This document shows, one piece after another, positions 15,137 through 27,681 of a DNA stretch of 64,000 nucleotides. Within the stretch, counting starts at the first letter, position 1, and each line of letters begins with the position of its first letter. This DNA comes from Adineta vaga (lineage: Eukaryota; Animalia; Rotifera). The notes under the pieces are model-generated. The model searched no databases. It saw nothing but the letters and a program-made list of their open reading frames with translations, and was not told where the DNA came from. The stretch covers positions 2,542,001 to 2,606,000 of the forward strand of contig CP075495.1 in the NCBI GenBank assembly GCA_021613535.1, in the 5' to 3' direction. A program made the position numbers and the translations under genes.

Positions 15137-16438
15137 TCACAATTACTCATTATCTTTCTCACAAAAAACAAGATCTGCTTAATCACATCGACGACAACAA
15201 CAATAAGAGCCAGCCTTCTTACCTATTCTACCTCAAACAATACAATAACTTTAACTTCTTTCTCTCTCTCTTTCTCTTTCTCTATTTCTTAATTCTCTAG
15301 GCTGGTGGACATATTTTTTTGTACGTTTGGTATTGCCAATTTTGCTTGTTGTCCTTTTTTTTTCTTTCTTTTTTCTTCTTGTCTTCGTTGTACTCATGTT
15401 GTTGTTCTTTTCTTTACAGTGGTTAAACATGTCTGTCAAACACAAACACATACATACATACATACATATGCAGACGTTTTATCTATTTCTCTTATTCCCT
15501 TCAAATCGATACGGGTCATTTCTTGCCTGCATTCTCTCTCTCTCTCTTCTTTCTATGAACTGCTTTTTTTTGCTTGATACCTCTAATATTCTTTTCCATA
15601 ATCGTCAGTAGTTACGTATGTATGTATGTATGTATGTGAATGTGCATGTGTATGTTTCTCTTAATTGTCGTTTCGTTATGGATCGGGATCGTGTGAACAT
15701 AGTTCTCACACCAGTCTTCTCGTCCTACTTCTACTACTTCAGCTGTTGTGTGTGCGTGTGTGTCTTCTCAGAGCGAACGCAGTTGTTCTAGTCGTTTTAA
15801 TCAGCGCGTGTATCATTGTGTTTTTTTCTTCTTTTTTCTCTTTTTTCTTGTCTCACTGCTCTTTGCTCTGCTGCTAAGTTTTTTTTGTCTTTTTTTTTCT
15901 TGCTGCTTGATCTGTTTGTGTGCGTGTGTGCGTGTTTCGCAGAATGAAGACCAACACAATGTATTTGATGTTTATCTTTTTTTCTCGTTTGGTTCGCTCT
16001 TACTTTTTTTCTCTCTCATTATATACTTACTTATTTAAAATACACACTCAACAGTCTATACAAACAAAAAACAAATAGAAAAATTATTCGTCTAGTTGAT
16101 ATCTTCTTTTCTTTCTTTCTTTTCTTTCTTTTTGTTTTTCTTTTTGATGGGTGGACACATAAAAAAAGAGTTTGCCATTTGGGAACAATGCTATTCTGAT
16201 TTATGATTAAATAACACAAGAAAGAAAAAGTGGGTTTTTCAGTTTGAATTGATTGATTGATTGTCGTATTAAAGATAAAGGAGTAAGAGAAAGAAAAGAA
16301 AAGAAAAAGAAGTAACGGATGATCGCGCCATTTGTCTTACACAGTATGTAAGACATGTGTAAATGAACATGATTTATCTTTTATTTCTCAATGTTTATTA
16401 TTTCTACGTTTCACTTTAGATTAGGATTATTAATAACA

Positions 16439-18265
16439 ATGAGTCAGAATGGTACGACACCTACTACAGATGAAGTATAACATAACATTGTTTGATATTG
16501 GATTAAAACATTTTCTTTCTAAATCGATTTCTATGTAATTTAGAATCGTCCACCAGCATCTATTCCCACTTCTGTATACTTTCCAATGGTGCCAATGTTT
16601 ATTCCATATAACAATGCTAGTTCAGCTAATCAACAATACTATGGTCAAGCATTGTATCCAAATATTGCACCTTATCCATCTAATGGTACTCATCGTCATA
16701 CAAATTATGGTATCGGTTATAATCCATTTTATGCTCCATTTTATCCTACTCAAACAAATCTCTTACCTCCAATGTCTCATATCTCAGGTTCATCAATGTT
16801 AATACCACCACGTCCACTAATGTCATCGTCATTATTCGCACCCAAAACTCAATCTTCAACAGGTTCATTACCGATTGGCAATGATAATGAACGAAATAAA
16901 AATTTAAATATTCGAGAATGTCAATCACCTGTTTTGAATGAAACAAGAAAAGAAAAAAAACCTTTACAAATTATTGAACCAAATGACAATCATAATACAT
17001 CGGAACGAATACGAAAAGATTCATCATCTGCATCTTCATTAATATCTCATCTAGGTAATTCTCTACAATGATCATAAAGCGATCATTTCTTTTTTAATTT
17101 CAGTATCTTCTACACAACACGATCAACATCCTTCTCGTTCAATATCTTCCACATCAGTACAAGAAATTGATTCAGATAGTCTTCAAGATGATTTTCTTAC
17201 ATTCATCGAACAAAAAACGAAAACAACAGCAATGCCAGAATTGAATCCATTTGCAAGTGAATTTTCTTTTGTTAATAGTAAAACTCTTTCCAACGAATTA
17301 CCAATAACAACGAATGGTATTGATCATCTTCCAGTATCAAATGAAAATCAATCATCTTATCGTTTATTATTCGATAATTTAATTGAAAAAAGTCTTGAAT
17401 CGATTGAAGCAATTAAAAAATCGGCAAAGTAGAAAAGACTTCTCGAACAAGACAAAACTCTTCATCATTATCTTTTCTTTATCTTCCATAGGAAAACATC
17501 TGTTAACGATATATCTGTGCAATGTAATCAAATCAATGATTGTGTCAATCGTTCAACACAAACAGTAGATCAAACCAATCATGTGGATCTTATTACTGAT
17601 TATAGTCTACGTACCGTATGTTATACTAATAAGAAAATAATTCATTGAATTATGACGTTATATATCATTCTAGATCAAATTAATGGATGAATTACTTGCA
17701 AATTTTCGAAATCTTTATTCTTATGAATATCAGAATGAATGTAAAACAATGGCACAAACATGTGATGAATTACGTCATTTAATTTTATTTATTCATCGTC
17801 TTACATCATCTTTATCAGATCATAAGGAAGAGAAATATTCTTTAGGAACTGATGCAACAAATCCATTTAGTATTCTAATACAAGATCTTACTAATGATAC
17901 GACAAATATTCCTAAATATCCAATTCTATCACATAATGTTGGACGTGGTACACGTCGTTTAATAACATCAACAACTCATCCATCGATACCATCATTTTCA
18001 TGTCGACAGATTGATCCAGTTACAATAAATCGAACAAAAGTATAATCTTATTTTAAAACAATTCAAACTATTTCTCTTCTTACATTATTAGTTATGTTTA
18101 CTATGTCAAAAACCACTTGATGATGGCGTTGATAATAATGATGATATTATGCATAAATTAGTATGTCATTTGTTTTACTGAGAGAACTTTGTTTTACTAT
18201 ATAATCTCGTTTTGTTCTAGTGTCGCTCATTGATATCTCGTCCAAATATGTCCACTAATACATGA
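16439..18265 (+). CDS. Orphan protein with Pro/Tyr-rich N-terminus, PAM2-like motif, TQT motif and C-terminal C-x2-C-x15-H-x2-C
   Basis: Multiple GT-AG-joined exons. ELNPFASEFSF at about 17238-17270, RSTQT at 17550-17564, last exons 18092-18160 and 18221-18265. Confidence 0.7.
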
Positions 18266-19244
18266 TTGAGAACATATATGTTTTGAATCACGTCCTGTTT
18301 TGTTTTTGTATCTTGGTCGGATAGAATTGTCTGGTGAGAAGTTTATCTTCTGTTTCTTTTCTTTTTTTCGAAACACATAGATCTATGTGTGAATGAATAT
18401 ATATGGTGATATTATGTTTCTTTCCTTGAATGTGCATTATTATTATTATTATCCTTGATTGTTCTTTCTTTTTCTATATAAAAGTTAAAAAAAAAGTGTT
18501 CTATTTGTATTAAAGAAAAAGATTACTGGATGAATGATATATTATTTTCTATGAATATAATTGTAAAAGATCATTTTTGTTAGAAACCAAATTCCAGTTC
18601 GTTTAGTTTACATTGATCGAGGTACTATACAACGGAAGTCATCATTTACTTTATTCATATTCGAGATATTTATTCCGGCACTCTACGAATTTATCTTCTT
18701 GGTTATGTTTCTATAATGAACTATTGTCAAGTAAAAGATAAGATGAGCGGAAAAGGATGTTCATACTGTTTTGCTAAGATATACATTCTTATTCTTCAAT
18801 TCTTTTTTTGATCCGGAAATTCTTTTTAATCAGTCATTGTAACATAAACAGAAACGATTTTCAATAGATGGCGGAAGATCTCACTATCTTCATATCATAT
18901 CGTTTGCACTCTAGCGATATAAAAAAAAGTTTTTATTTCAAAACAATTGTTAAAAAAGTATAAATTAGATTTATTATTAATTATGTTTAAAATATCCAAT
19001 AAACAAATTTATTTAAAAGTCGAAAAATGAAGGCAACATCGTCTTCTTCTTAACAGAGGTATTATCATACTAATGGCGATATGTTGTACCGTATTATTAT
19101 GAAGAGTATGCGACGTAAATACTTTCTCATTTCACTGTTTCTTCATTATGTTTTATACATCGTTTCTGAAATCTTGATCATCAGACATATTTATTCTTTT
19201 CTAGAAAATTTCCTTTTTAACATATTTCGATTTTACGTACTAAT

Positions 19245-19902
19245 ATGGCCGAAAATACAGCTGCCGCTCATGATGACCATGATGAAGATTTCACACAGGG
19301 AGATGCTGGAGCATCTGCAACGTAAGTCTTTTTTCGAAGATTTTCTTCGGATTAAGATTTGAATATTTCTAGCTACCCGCAACAATGTTCAGCATTACGT
19401 AAAAACGGCTATGTTATGTTAAAAAATCGCCCATGTAAAATCATGGAAATGTCGACATCAAAAACCGGCAAACATGGTCATGCTAAAGTATGAATTGATT
19501 TTTAGAAGATAACCAAGAACAATTTCGTTCTTTAGGTTCATATGGTTGGTATTGATATTTTCACAGGAAAAAAATACGAAGATATCTGTCCTTCAACACA
19601 TAACATGAGTGTTCCAAATGTTAAACGTATTGAATATTCAGTAAGAGATATTTGGCCAAACACAAAAATAAAAATCGCCTTTTTGGTTTTTTCAGTTGAT
19701 TGATGTTGATAATGAAGGTTATGTTTCATTAATGGATGATGGTTCGGACACACGTAGTGATATCAAACTTCCTGAAGGTGAATTAGGTCAAGAAATTCGT
19801 ACTAAATTCGAAGCCGGTGATGCATTGAAAGTTACGGTTCTTCAAGCACTCGGTGAAGAAGCTATCATGTCATACAAACCAGATCAAGAATCAAGAAAAT
19901 AA
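19245..19902 (+). CDS. EIF5A: Eukaryotic translation initiation factor 5A
   Basis: [20 protein letters not shown], hypusine motif [30 protein letters not shown]; 4 coding exons. Confidence 0.97.
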
Positions 19903-20444
19903 ACAGTTTTTTTTTCATTTACACATCACTACTCTTTCTCTTTTCGTCTTGTTACTATGTCATCAGCTATTTTATCTTTTATGTGAAACCAAGTTCTTGC
20001 ATCATTGATTAAACATGAAAAGAAAAAAAGAAAAAGAAAAAACAAACAAACAAAATAGAGAAGAGAAATTGATCATCTTTTTTTTTGTCATATCAAAGTA
20101 GTTACAATCATTTTAACTTGAAGAAGAAAAAAAAATTCATACACACATAAATACTAATCAGAAACATTTATTCACTTCTTTTTTTTACTGTGAACTTGTG
20201 ATATTCTCGCATATTTAGATTGCATTGATTCCTTTTCTGCTCTTATTTTCATTGTTAGTTTTATTTTTATTACATATACATATATATTTACTAAAAAAAA
20301 ATTTCGATGATAAGGAGGTGATGGTTAAATTCATCTTTAGTGCTTTATTGAATGTTCGAAAGGAAGGAAGAAAAAATATGACCAAGATGATGTACATGAA
20401 ATCAACGTAAGAAGTCTATAGAAAACAATTGATTTCTGTATTAA

Positions 20445-21539
20445 TTAATCTTCATCTACTTGATATGTTCCACAATTGGCAATTTGAATCACTTTTATTG
20501 GACGTTGATTGATTGTTTCCATACGTTCAAGTTTATCTAACGTATCAAAACCTTCAATAACACGACCAAAAGCTACAAAACGTTTGTTCATCCATTGACA
20601 TGTGTCCGATAATGTAATATAAAATTGACTTCCATTCGAATGTCGATAGCCTTTATTTGCCATACCTAATACATAACGAAACTTCGATTTTTCAGAATCA
20701 TACTGATGTTATAATTACTTACCAGAATGCCTCGTTGATTATGTTCAATGGTAAACGCTTCATCGGGAAATGTTTCACCATAGATAGATTCTCCACCATT
20801 ACCTCTTCCACCTCGAATATCTCCACCTAGAAATCATGAGAAAAAAAACGAATGGATCTGAATTATCGTAAAGTTTCGAATTTCTAACCCTGAATCCAAC
20901 CATTTGGTACAATACGATGCATAATTGAATGTTTATAATGAAGTATTGTACCCGTTTTTTCACTTTGTCCTTTATCACCTGTACATAATGCTCGAAAATT
21001 TGCACATGTTTCAGGTACTTGTTCATCAAATAATTCGAAAACTAAACGTCCAATTTCGGTTTTCTGTGATGTTTCTCGATCTTCAATTTGAAAATCGAGA
21101 AAGCAAAAACTATTTTTACCATCATTACGATCATATCGACGTCTAAAATAAATCGTAGTTAAACTTTACTTCTTTTCTTTTCCCAATCATCATACTTGTA
21201 ATCTTCATTGGAAAATACATCTAATAGATCATTAGCACGAAAATCTGTATGATCAAATGTTGTTTTAGCCCAATTAAGAAATTGTTCAGCATTTCCTAAT
21301 AATTTTTTATCAATAAAAACCATACAATTATTATTAAATGCCCATGTTTCACCACGTAATTCCGTACGTTTCTTTCGAATAAATGAATTCCAATCATATT
21401 CAAGCAATGGATGAAGTTCCGAATGAGCTATTTGTTTTGCATGTGTACGTGTTATATCTTCTAAACAATGTTTAGCAACTTGATACTCATCAGAATTTAA
21501 AAGACCATATATAACTATATCAAACGATGGAAGTGCCAT
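20445..21539 (-). CDS. PPIL6: Cyclophilin PPIL6-like (N-terminal thioredoxin-like region plus cyclophilin domain)
   Basis: PLLEYDWNSF..W, FCFLDFQI..IGRLVFELF..PETCANFRALCTG, HRIVPNGWIQGGD, GESIYGETFPDE, MANKGYRHSNGSQFYITL..WMNKRFVAFGRVIEG. Confidence 0.88.
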
Positions 21540-21565
21540 AATACAAATGAAAATGATGTTAAAAT

Positions 21566-21578
21566 GTTACTTAGCAAC
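21566..21578 (-). promoter_or_regulatory. RFX X-box-like motif GTTGCTAAGTAAC, 26 nt upstream of the PPIL6 ATG
   Basis: Imperfect palindrome GTTGC-TAA-GTAAC fits the RFX consensus; PPIL6 is a motile-cilia gene. Confidence 0.6.
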
Positions 21579-21717
21579 AAGAAATGAATGTGGAAGAGAA
21601 GAGAAGAGAACAAATCAAGAGTGTATTTATTTTCTCGCACGGAATTCTACTCGATAAGTGTAGATGGCACTATGAAACATTTTTTACGTTTAAAAGAAAT
21701 TGAAATAAAGAAAAACT

Positions 21718-22659
21718 CTATGCAGAATTAACAGTATTGTCAATCAATGATAAAATCATTTGTGTTAAAGGTTGATCTCGTTTTTCTAATTGTTCTATCA
21801 CATCAAAATGATCGAAATTATCCATTTGAAGGATTTTAACATTAGTAAAACCGATCTGTTCTAAATATGAACCATATCGACGATTTTGTTCATGAAAACT
21901 CGGAGGATCATATTGACCATGCACACATAGAATTGCTACATTGTTCAAAGCTGACCAATAATCATCTTTGATACGATATAATGAACTGATATTTTGAGCA
22001 GTTAATGTAGTCATACCAAGTGGTTGATTGATATAAGTAGACACAAGTGGAATAAGATCATAAACACCAGAAATAAGAAAGAAACCGGCAAATATTTCAT
22101 GATCAATATTATATTTTTCTTTCCAATTAATCAGTAAAAGCGTTGAAGAAAGATGTGCACCAGCTGAATGACCACAAATATATATTTTAGTCGAAAATTT
22201 CATTGCCAATCTCAAAATTTTAACTAAAGCTTGTTCAATACATCGAATAATTTGATCCATTGTTGCATGTGGAGCAAGTGGATAACCGACGACAGCTGTT
22301 ACAATCTGTGCATCACTCATTGTTTGGGCCATGAAAGCACTTTCATTTCGAGAAAGAAATTGCCAATAACCTCCATGTATGTAAACAAAAATAGCTTTTA
22401 TTTCACTCATATCACTGATGGGTAAATCTGTTTTAGTATTTGATGGAAAATAGAAATCAACAAAATGATCAGATAATGAAGTTATTGGATCAACAATCGA
22501 ATTTAATAAACAAGGTATATGAGCTCGTGCAGCTTGTGTAGCATTTGTTATAGTTTTAACATGAGATTGAATGACTTTTTCTGCATCATGGAATCGATGA
22601 GACCATCGAGATGGTGAATACGCATAATCAGCATCGATATCTGTTGTTGTTTGTGTCAT
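21718..22659 (-). CDS. AFMID: Kynurenine formamidase (arylformamidase), intronless CDS
   Basis: YSPSRWSHR, FVYIHGGYWQ, GHSAGAHL nucleophile elbow, SGVYDL, DHFDVIE. Confidence 0.92.
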   Translation of the reverse strand: MTQTTTDIDADYAYSPSRWSHRFHDAEKVIQSHVKTITNATQAARAHIPCLLNSIVDPITSLSDHFVDFYFPSNTKTDLPISDMSEIKAIFVYIHGGYWQFLSRNESAFMAQTMSDAQIVTAVVGYPLAPHATMDQIIRCIEQALVKILRLAMKFSTKIYICGHSAGAHLSSTLLLINWKEKYNIDHEIFAGFFLISGVYDLIPLVSTYINQPLGMTTLTAQNISSLYRIKDDYWSALNNVAILCVHGQYDPPSFHEQNRRYGSYLEQIGFTNVKILQMDNFDHFDVIEQLEKRDQPLTQMILSLIDNTVNSA

Positions 22660-23127
22660 CTAAGCGAGAGAAAAGGCAATTTCCATAAATCGTTGATTTT
22701 TCAAGGATTTGAATATAGAATTTCTTGTTAATCACCAGAATAAAAACGTCTACAATATTTTGTTATTTTTATCAGATAAAGAAAAAACGAAACAACTGAT
22801 AGGCTAAGTAAACCTATCTGTATCGTATTCTTATTGATTCTCAATGGTTTAGTTTTACCAATGCAAACGATATAAATATATCTAAATAATTCGTCGGTTC
22901 TTTTTCTTCGTTCGTTAGGTGTCAGACAATAATGGTGTTTAGATTTCCAATCTAACGATTCGTTTCTTTTATTTTTGTACTAGAATGAATATATCTTATT
23001 TACATTCTCGAACATCAACTTAAAATCTCTTTTTATTCTCCTTTCTTCGTTTATCGATAAACTATATAGTTATATGCATTTATTGATAATAACAATTGAA
23101 TAAGAGACAAGAACGAAATTCGTCGAA

Positions 23128-24675
23128 ATGTCGAATCTTCTCTGTGAAGATGATGATTGTAATCAACTAATTGTTGCTAAATGTATGCATTGTGATCAGC
23201 ATTTATGTTTAAAATGTTTAACTCGACATCAACAACCGATCGAAACACAAATTTGTCAATTAACAAATGATATGAATAAATTATTATCCTTATCATCAGT
23301 AAATATCAATAATAACCAATCAAATCATCCACAAATTCATGCAAATAAACAATATAAACTAGTTTTAGAACAAATTGATCAATGGGAAAAGACAATGACA
23401 GAAAAATTAAATGATTTAGTTTCACGTGCACGTCAATCATTACAAAATTCATTCGAACAACTTTCATTTGAAATCGAAGAATGGTCAACAGAAAAACAAG
23501 TTGAATTACAACAATTATCCGAAGAGATTGGTAAATATTTTCCTCTTTTTTTCCAAAGAAAACTTCTTTCTATCGAAATCATATTTCATTTAGAACAATT
23601 ATCATCTGAAATGAACGATAAATCAGATATTCGAATGAAAGTTGATACATACAATCGACAAATACAAAAATCTATGAAAGAATATGAATATGCACATGTT
23701 GAATTAAATCTTATTAATACTGATTTAATCCTATTTCCATCGACAGCATTACAATTATTTCATTTATTTGAACATTCAATCAATTTTGATCTATCATTTA
23801 TTCATGATCCAGCTCAGATTTGTTTTGATGCATCTGTAATATCATCATCATCAACATCTTCATCACCATCGAATTCTTCTATACGTCGAGAGAAAATGTT
23901 TTTACCAAGTGTTTTAGTTAGTTCACAAAATCGTATTCTTCTTTTTTCCAATAAAACTAAACAATTATATATTTTTGCAACTAATGGAACATTAATCGAT
24001 CAATTTACTTGGGATCATAGTGATATCGTTGACATCTGTTACGATTTCTGTTCATCAACATTTCTCGATGATTTCTTTTTTGTTTTATCAACCAATGGAA
24101 GTATCTATTTATTAGAATATCATGTAGATCAACATACATATACATGGTCAAAAATGATTGCCGTTAATAATCAAACATATTACACACAAATCTTATGTGA
24201 TTCAAAATTATCTTATTTATATTTATTTATGTCAAGTAAACATCGACTTGATCAATGGACAATTAATCCAACAAAACGAAATCTCATTCATTGTTCAAAT
24301 CAATTGATTATAACGAATGATCATGTTGAACATTTATGTACATCAGATCAACAATTAGCTTTGTTATTACGTGATAAACAAAAAGTTTTAAATTATCGTA
24401 TTGAATTACGACATTTTACTGATTTACTTGTTACAATATGTTCTATAACACTCGATCGATTATCAAGACCAATGAAACTATTTTATGATAATCGTCATGG
24501 TTTTATTTTAGCTCATGGAAATCAATTATGTTCATTTGGAAACGATGGAGAAATGATATCAAAACGTACTTTCGAAGATATTCAAGAAATTAAACGAGCA
24601 ACATTTTGTCAACGATCCACTTGTGCTATTCTAACAGATAATGAGCAACTCTTATTTTATATACTTTCGAAATAA
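23128..24675 (+). CDS. B-box / coiled-coil / beta-rich C-terminal protein (lineage-expanded TRIM-NHL-like family)
   Basis: C-x4-C..CMHCDQHLCLKCLTRH B-box-like motif, then coiled coil and beta-rich C-terminus. Probable stop-free 63-nt intron at 23531-23593. Confidence 0.75.
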   Translation: MSNLLCEDDDCNQLIVAKCMHCDQHLCLKCLTRHQQPIETQICQLTNDMNKLLSLSSVNINNNQSNHPQIHANKQYKLVLEQIDQWEKTMTEKLNDLVSRARQSLQNSFEQLSFEIEEWSTEKQVELQQLSEEIGKYFPLFFQRKLLSIEIIFHLEQLSSEMNDKSDIRMKVDTYNRQIQKSMKEYEYAHVELNLINTDLILFPSTALQLFHLFEHSINFDLSFIHDPAQICFDASVISSSSTSSSPSNSSIRREKMFLPSVLVSSQNRILLFSNKTKQLYIFATNGTLIDQFTWDHSDIVDICYDFCSSTFLDDFFFVLSTNGSIYLLEYHVDQHTYTWSKMIAVNNQTYYTQILCDSKLSYLYLFMSSKHRLDQWTINPTKRNLIHCSNQLIITNDHVEHLCTSDQQLALLLRDKQKVLNYRIELRHFTDLLVTICSITLDRLSRPMKLFYDNRHGFILAHGNQLCSFGNDGEMISKRTFEDIQEIKRATFCQRSTCAILTDNEQLLFYILSK

Positions 24676-24882
24676 AATTTTAGATTGTTTCTTTTCTGAC
24701 ATAAAGATTGTTCATGAAAAATGTTTTCCAACACGGCTTTTCATGCTTGTTGGACGATAATGAATTTGATTTATTCGTTGAATAAAAATCATAGCAAAAA
24801 TATATCTACATTGATAGTGTTTCATATAACAAAATCAGGAGAATGTGAAGTAAAATAACTTGTATTAAAAAAATAAAAATTT

Positions 24883-25867
24883 CTAGGACGAGAACATATC
24901 ATCGAGAAGACTTTGAGACTCGGGTGTCATTGGTGCTAAATCTGTATTATGAAAGAATTGATCAGAATTAGAATTTGTTTCATTCAATTGATCTTCATTG
25001 TCATCAGAAAAGGAAGAAGAAGAGACAATAACAACACTAGGTTTCGTTGGTAATGGTACATGCTTGATTTCAACAACATTTCCTGTCAATCGACGTTCTT
25101 GATCTTCGTTGTACAATGCTAAATTTTTCAAAACGAATGATTTATCATCATCAATCATATGTAATGGACCAAACTTTGTAATAAGTCGTTCACGTTCCTA
25201 TAAATATACTCATTCGTTTTGATTGTTTTCGAGAAAGAAAATAGCTGAATCATCCGATGATTTACTTGTATCATCAATTGATCATGGAAATGTTTTAATT
25301 GTCGTTGAAATGCAAAATTTGGATCAACTAATGTTCGTACACCTCGAAGACTATTGATTACATCAGACCATGATACACCAGTAATTGTCATTAAATAAAT
25401 ACAAGCTATCGATGGACTTCGACTTTTACCTTCCACACTAAATTAAATCAAAGCTAATGAATAATTCATTTGTTTTTCGTAGACATACCAATGTATGAGA
25501 ACTTTGCCTTGATTAAGACGAGCATTGTGTATAAAATCATTACATTGTGCAGTATATTGTAATAAATCTTGCGAAATATGATCTTTAGCAGGAATTAATA
25601 GATATTGTCGGTGCTAGAACAAGGCAAAGTATACTTTGAATACGGATATCATATTCTACTTCATTTACTTCAAATGGACTAATTGGATTCTTTTGTATTG
25701 AAATAACATGTGTAATACCAAATTCATCTAATACTTTTCCTTGTCGAGCAACGAGTGCACTGGTAACATACAGACCGGATGCAACCTAAACGAAAAAAAA
25801 CAAACTCCTTCTGAAAATCATTTTTCTACAATAGAATTCTTTCTACTTCGCTCATTCCTTGACCCAT
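24883..25867 (-). CDS. Atypical dual-specificity phosphatase, DUSP22/DUSP15-like
   Basis: MGQGMSE N-terminus (myristoylation-type, cf. MGNGM), ITHVISI, FIHNARLNQGKVLIHCVEGKSRS P-loop, R..VDPNFAFQRQL. Confidence 0.88.
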
Positions 25868-25933
25868 TTTGATCGCTGTTGATTATTCTCTTAACATCTA
25901 GAAAAACAAACAGTTTTGAACGTTTTTATTCTA

Positions 25934-27439
25934 TCAATTAATCGCTTTTTCAAATTCTTCATCGGTACGTTGTTCAAAAGGCGTATTTAAATCTAATTCC
26001 TCAGGAAACTTCAATTTCAATCTTTCTAATGTTTCATAAAAGTATGGAAATGGTCGCGCTTGATAATGAACAATAGCTGGTTGTCGTCGATATTTTTTCG
26101 GAAGATTGAAATCAGTTAGATGTAAATGTAATGGACAGGCAATTTGTTGACCATAGAGATCAAGTGCTAGACGAATATGTTTAGTCAATTGCTACAAAAG
26201 GAAAATTGAATTAATGAAACAAAAAAAGGTCATTGAAATCCTTTGAACTAACTTGTTTAGCTGGATAAATTTCATGTTTAATTGGATTGATATACATCGG
26301 AATACCACCGACAGATTTGACTCGATTCCAATATTTGTGATCACCGAGTAAAGGAGCACACTGACGTAAACAATACAGTTCAATGAAATCCCATGTGCCT
26401 AAAAAGAATATTTATTAAATATTAGAAATAAAATGAAGAAATTCTCATGTATTCGTACATGTCGTCGTTTTAAATTCAACAAGAGCAACTTTTAATTCAT
26501 CATTAATTGACAATGTTCGATGTTTAACAGTTCCATTATAAACCCGACCATTTTTAATTGCATTCGAACTTGCATCAAAAATTTCATAGGACTAAAATTG
26601 GAATTTTTTTGAGTTTTGAAATTTCTTTCAGAAAAGAAATCATTCTTACTAAATATTGTTCATTATAAAGATGTCGTTCAACTAACATTTCATGAGAATC
26701 TTCTAATTTACGTGGAATTAATGTTGTTATACCACTAAAAATAGATCTAATGATTCAGATTAAACTTAATCTTTGAACAAAATTTGATTACATACTAAAA
26801 GGTTAAATATGGTTCTTTCATTTTCCGAAACGAACGCATTGCTGTACTTTTTATATTATCATGTAATTGAGCATTTTGAGTATAGATGAGTAAACCACTT
26901 GGTTCACTAAAATAGAATTCAATTTCGATAAGAAAAGAAAAGTTATATCTTACTTCGGTGTTCGTATACAAGGAAAAAAATGATCCCATTTAAGAGCTGA
27001 ACGAAATTGTGGCATATGATATTGAATTGTACAAGAACTGGAATTCGATAGAGTAGAATTTTGTTGTTGTTGTTGTTCTACTTCTTCATCTTCATTAGTT
27101 ACTTGTGTTTTTCTATCCCATGTTTCATCTGAATGAAGAAAAGATCATATCAAAAAGATGAAAATCGATTCGTCATATTTATACCAAGAACCATCACACC
27201 AGGTGGTTTATTAAATACAATAATTTTTTCATCATGATGAACTATATTATTTAGAATGCATGTCACTAAATCTTTTGGTTGACGAATTGGATTTGCTTGC
27301 AATAAATAATGAACATATCTTTGATTAGTTCGAGAAAATCTTATACTAAAAATAAACAAAGTTATTGTTTTCTTTCAACAAGTTTAATTCTTTTTGCAAA
27401 ATATTACCCATGAGAAATAAACCGATTGAGAATATTCAT
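25934..27439 (-). CDS. RluA-family mitochondrial pseudouridine synthase-like protein (RPUSD3-like), catalytic Asp absent
   Basis: IVFNKPPG motif I, motif II reads PCIRTPNEPSGLLIY, APLLGDHKY, PLHLH near the C-terminus. Confidence 0.78.
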
Positions 27440-27681
27440 GTTGATAAATAAATGAAAATATGAATTAGTTTAAATCAAACGATATGTTGTTTCGTACCAA
27501 TCATATTAAATTTAGTTACCATGCAATATCCTATATGTCGCCACGAGTCATTGTAACACAATCGTCTTGATCCTTTACTATAAGTTGTCTTAAAAGATTG
27601 TACTTTTTAATATTTATTTATTTATATGTTATACGAAAATATACTAACAAATAAAAAGTCATGAATAACGGCTAAGTAACA

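Noticed and set aside
21085-21125. Apparent GT..AG mini-intron in PPIL6
   Set aside because: It reads through as GKNSFCFLDFQIE, the conserved first cyclophilin strand.
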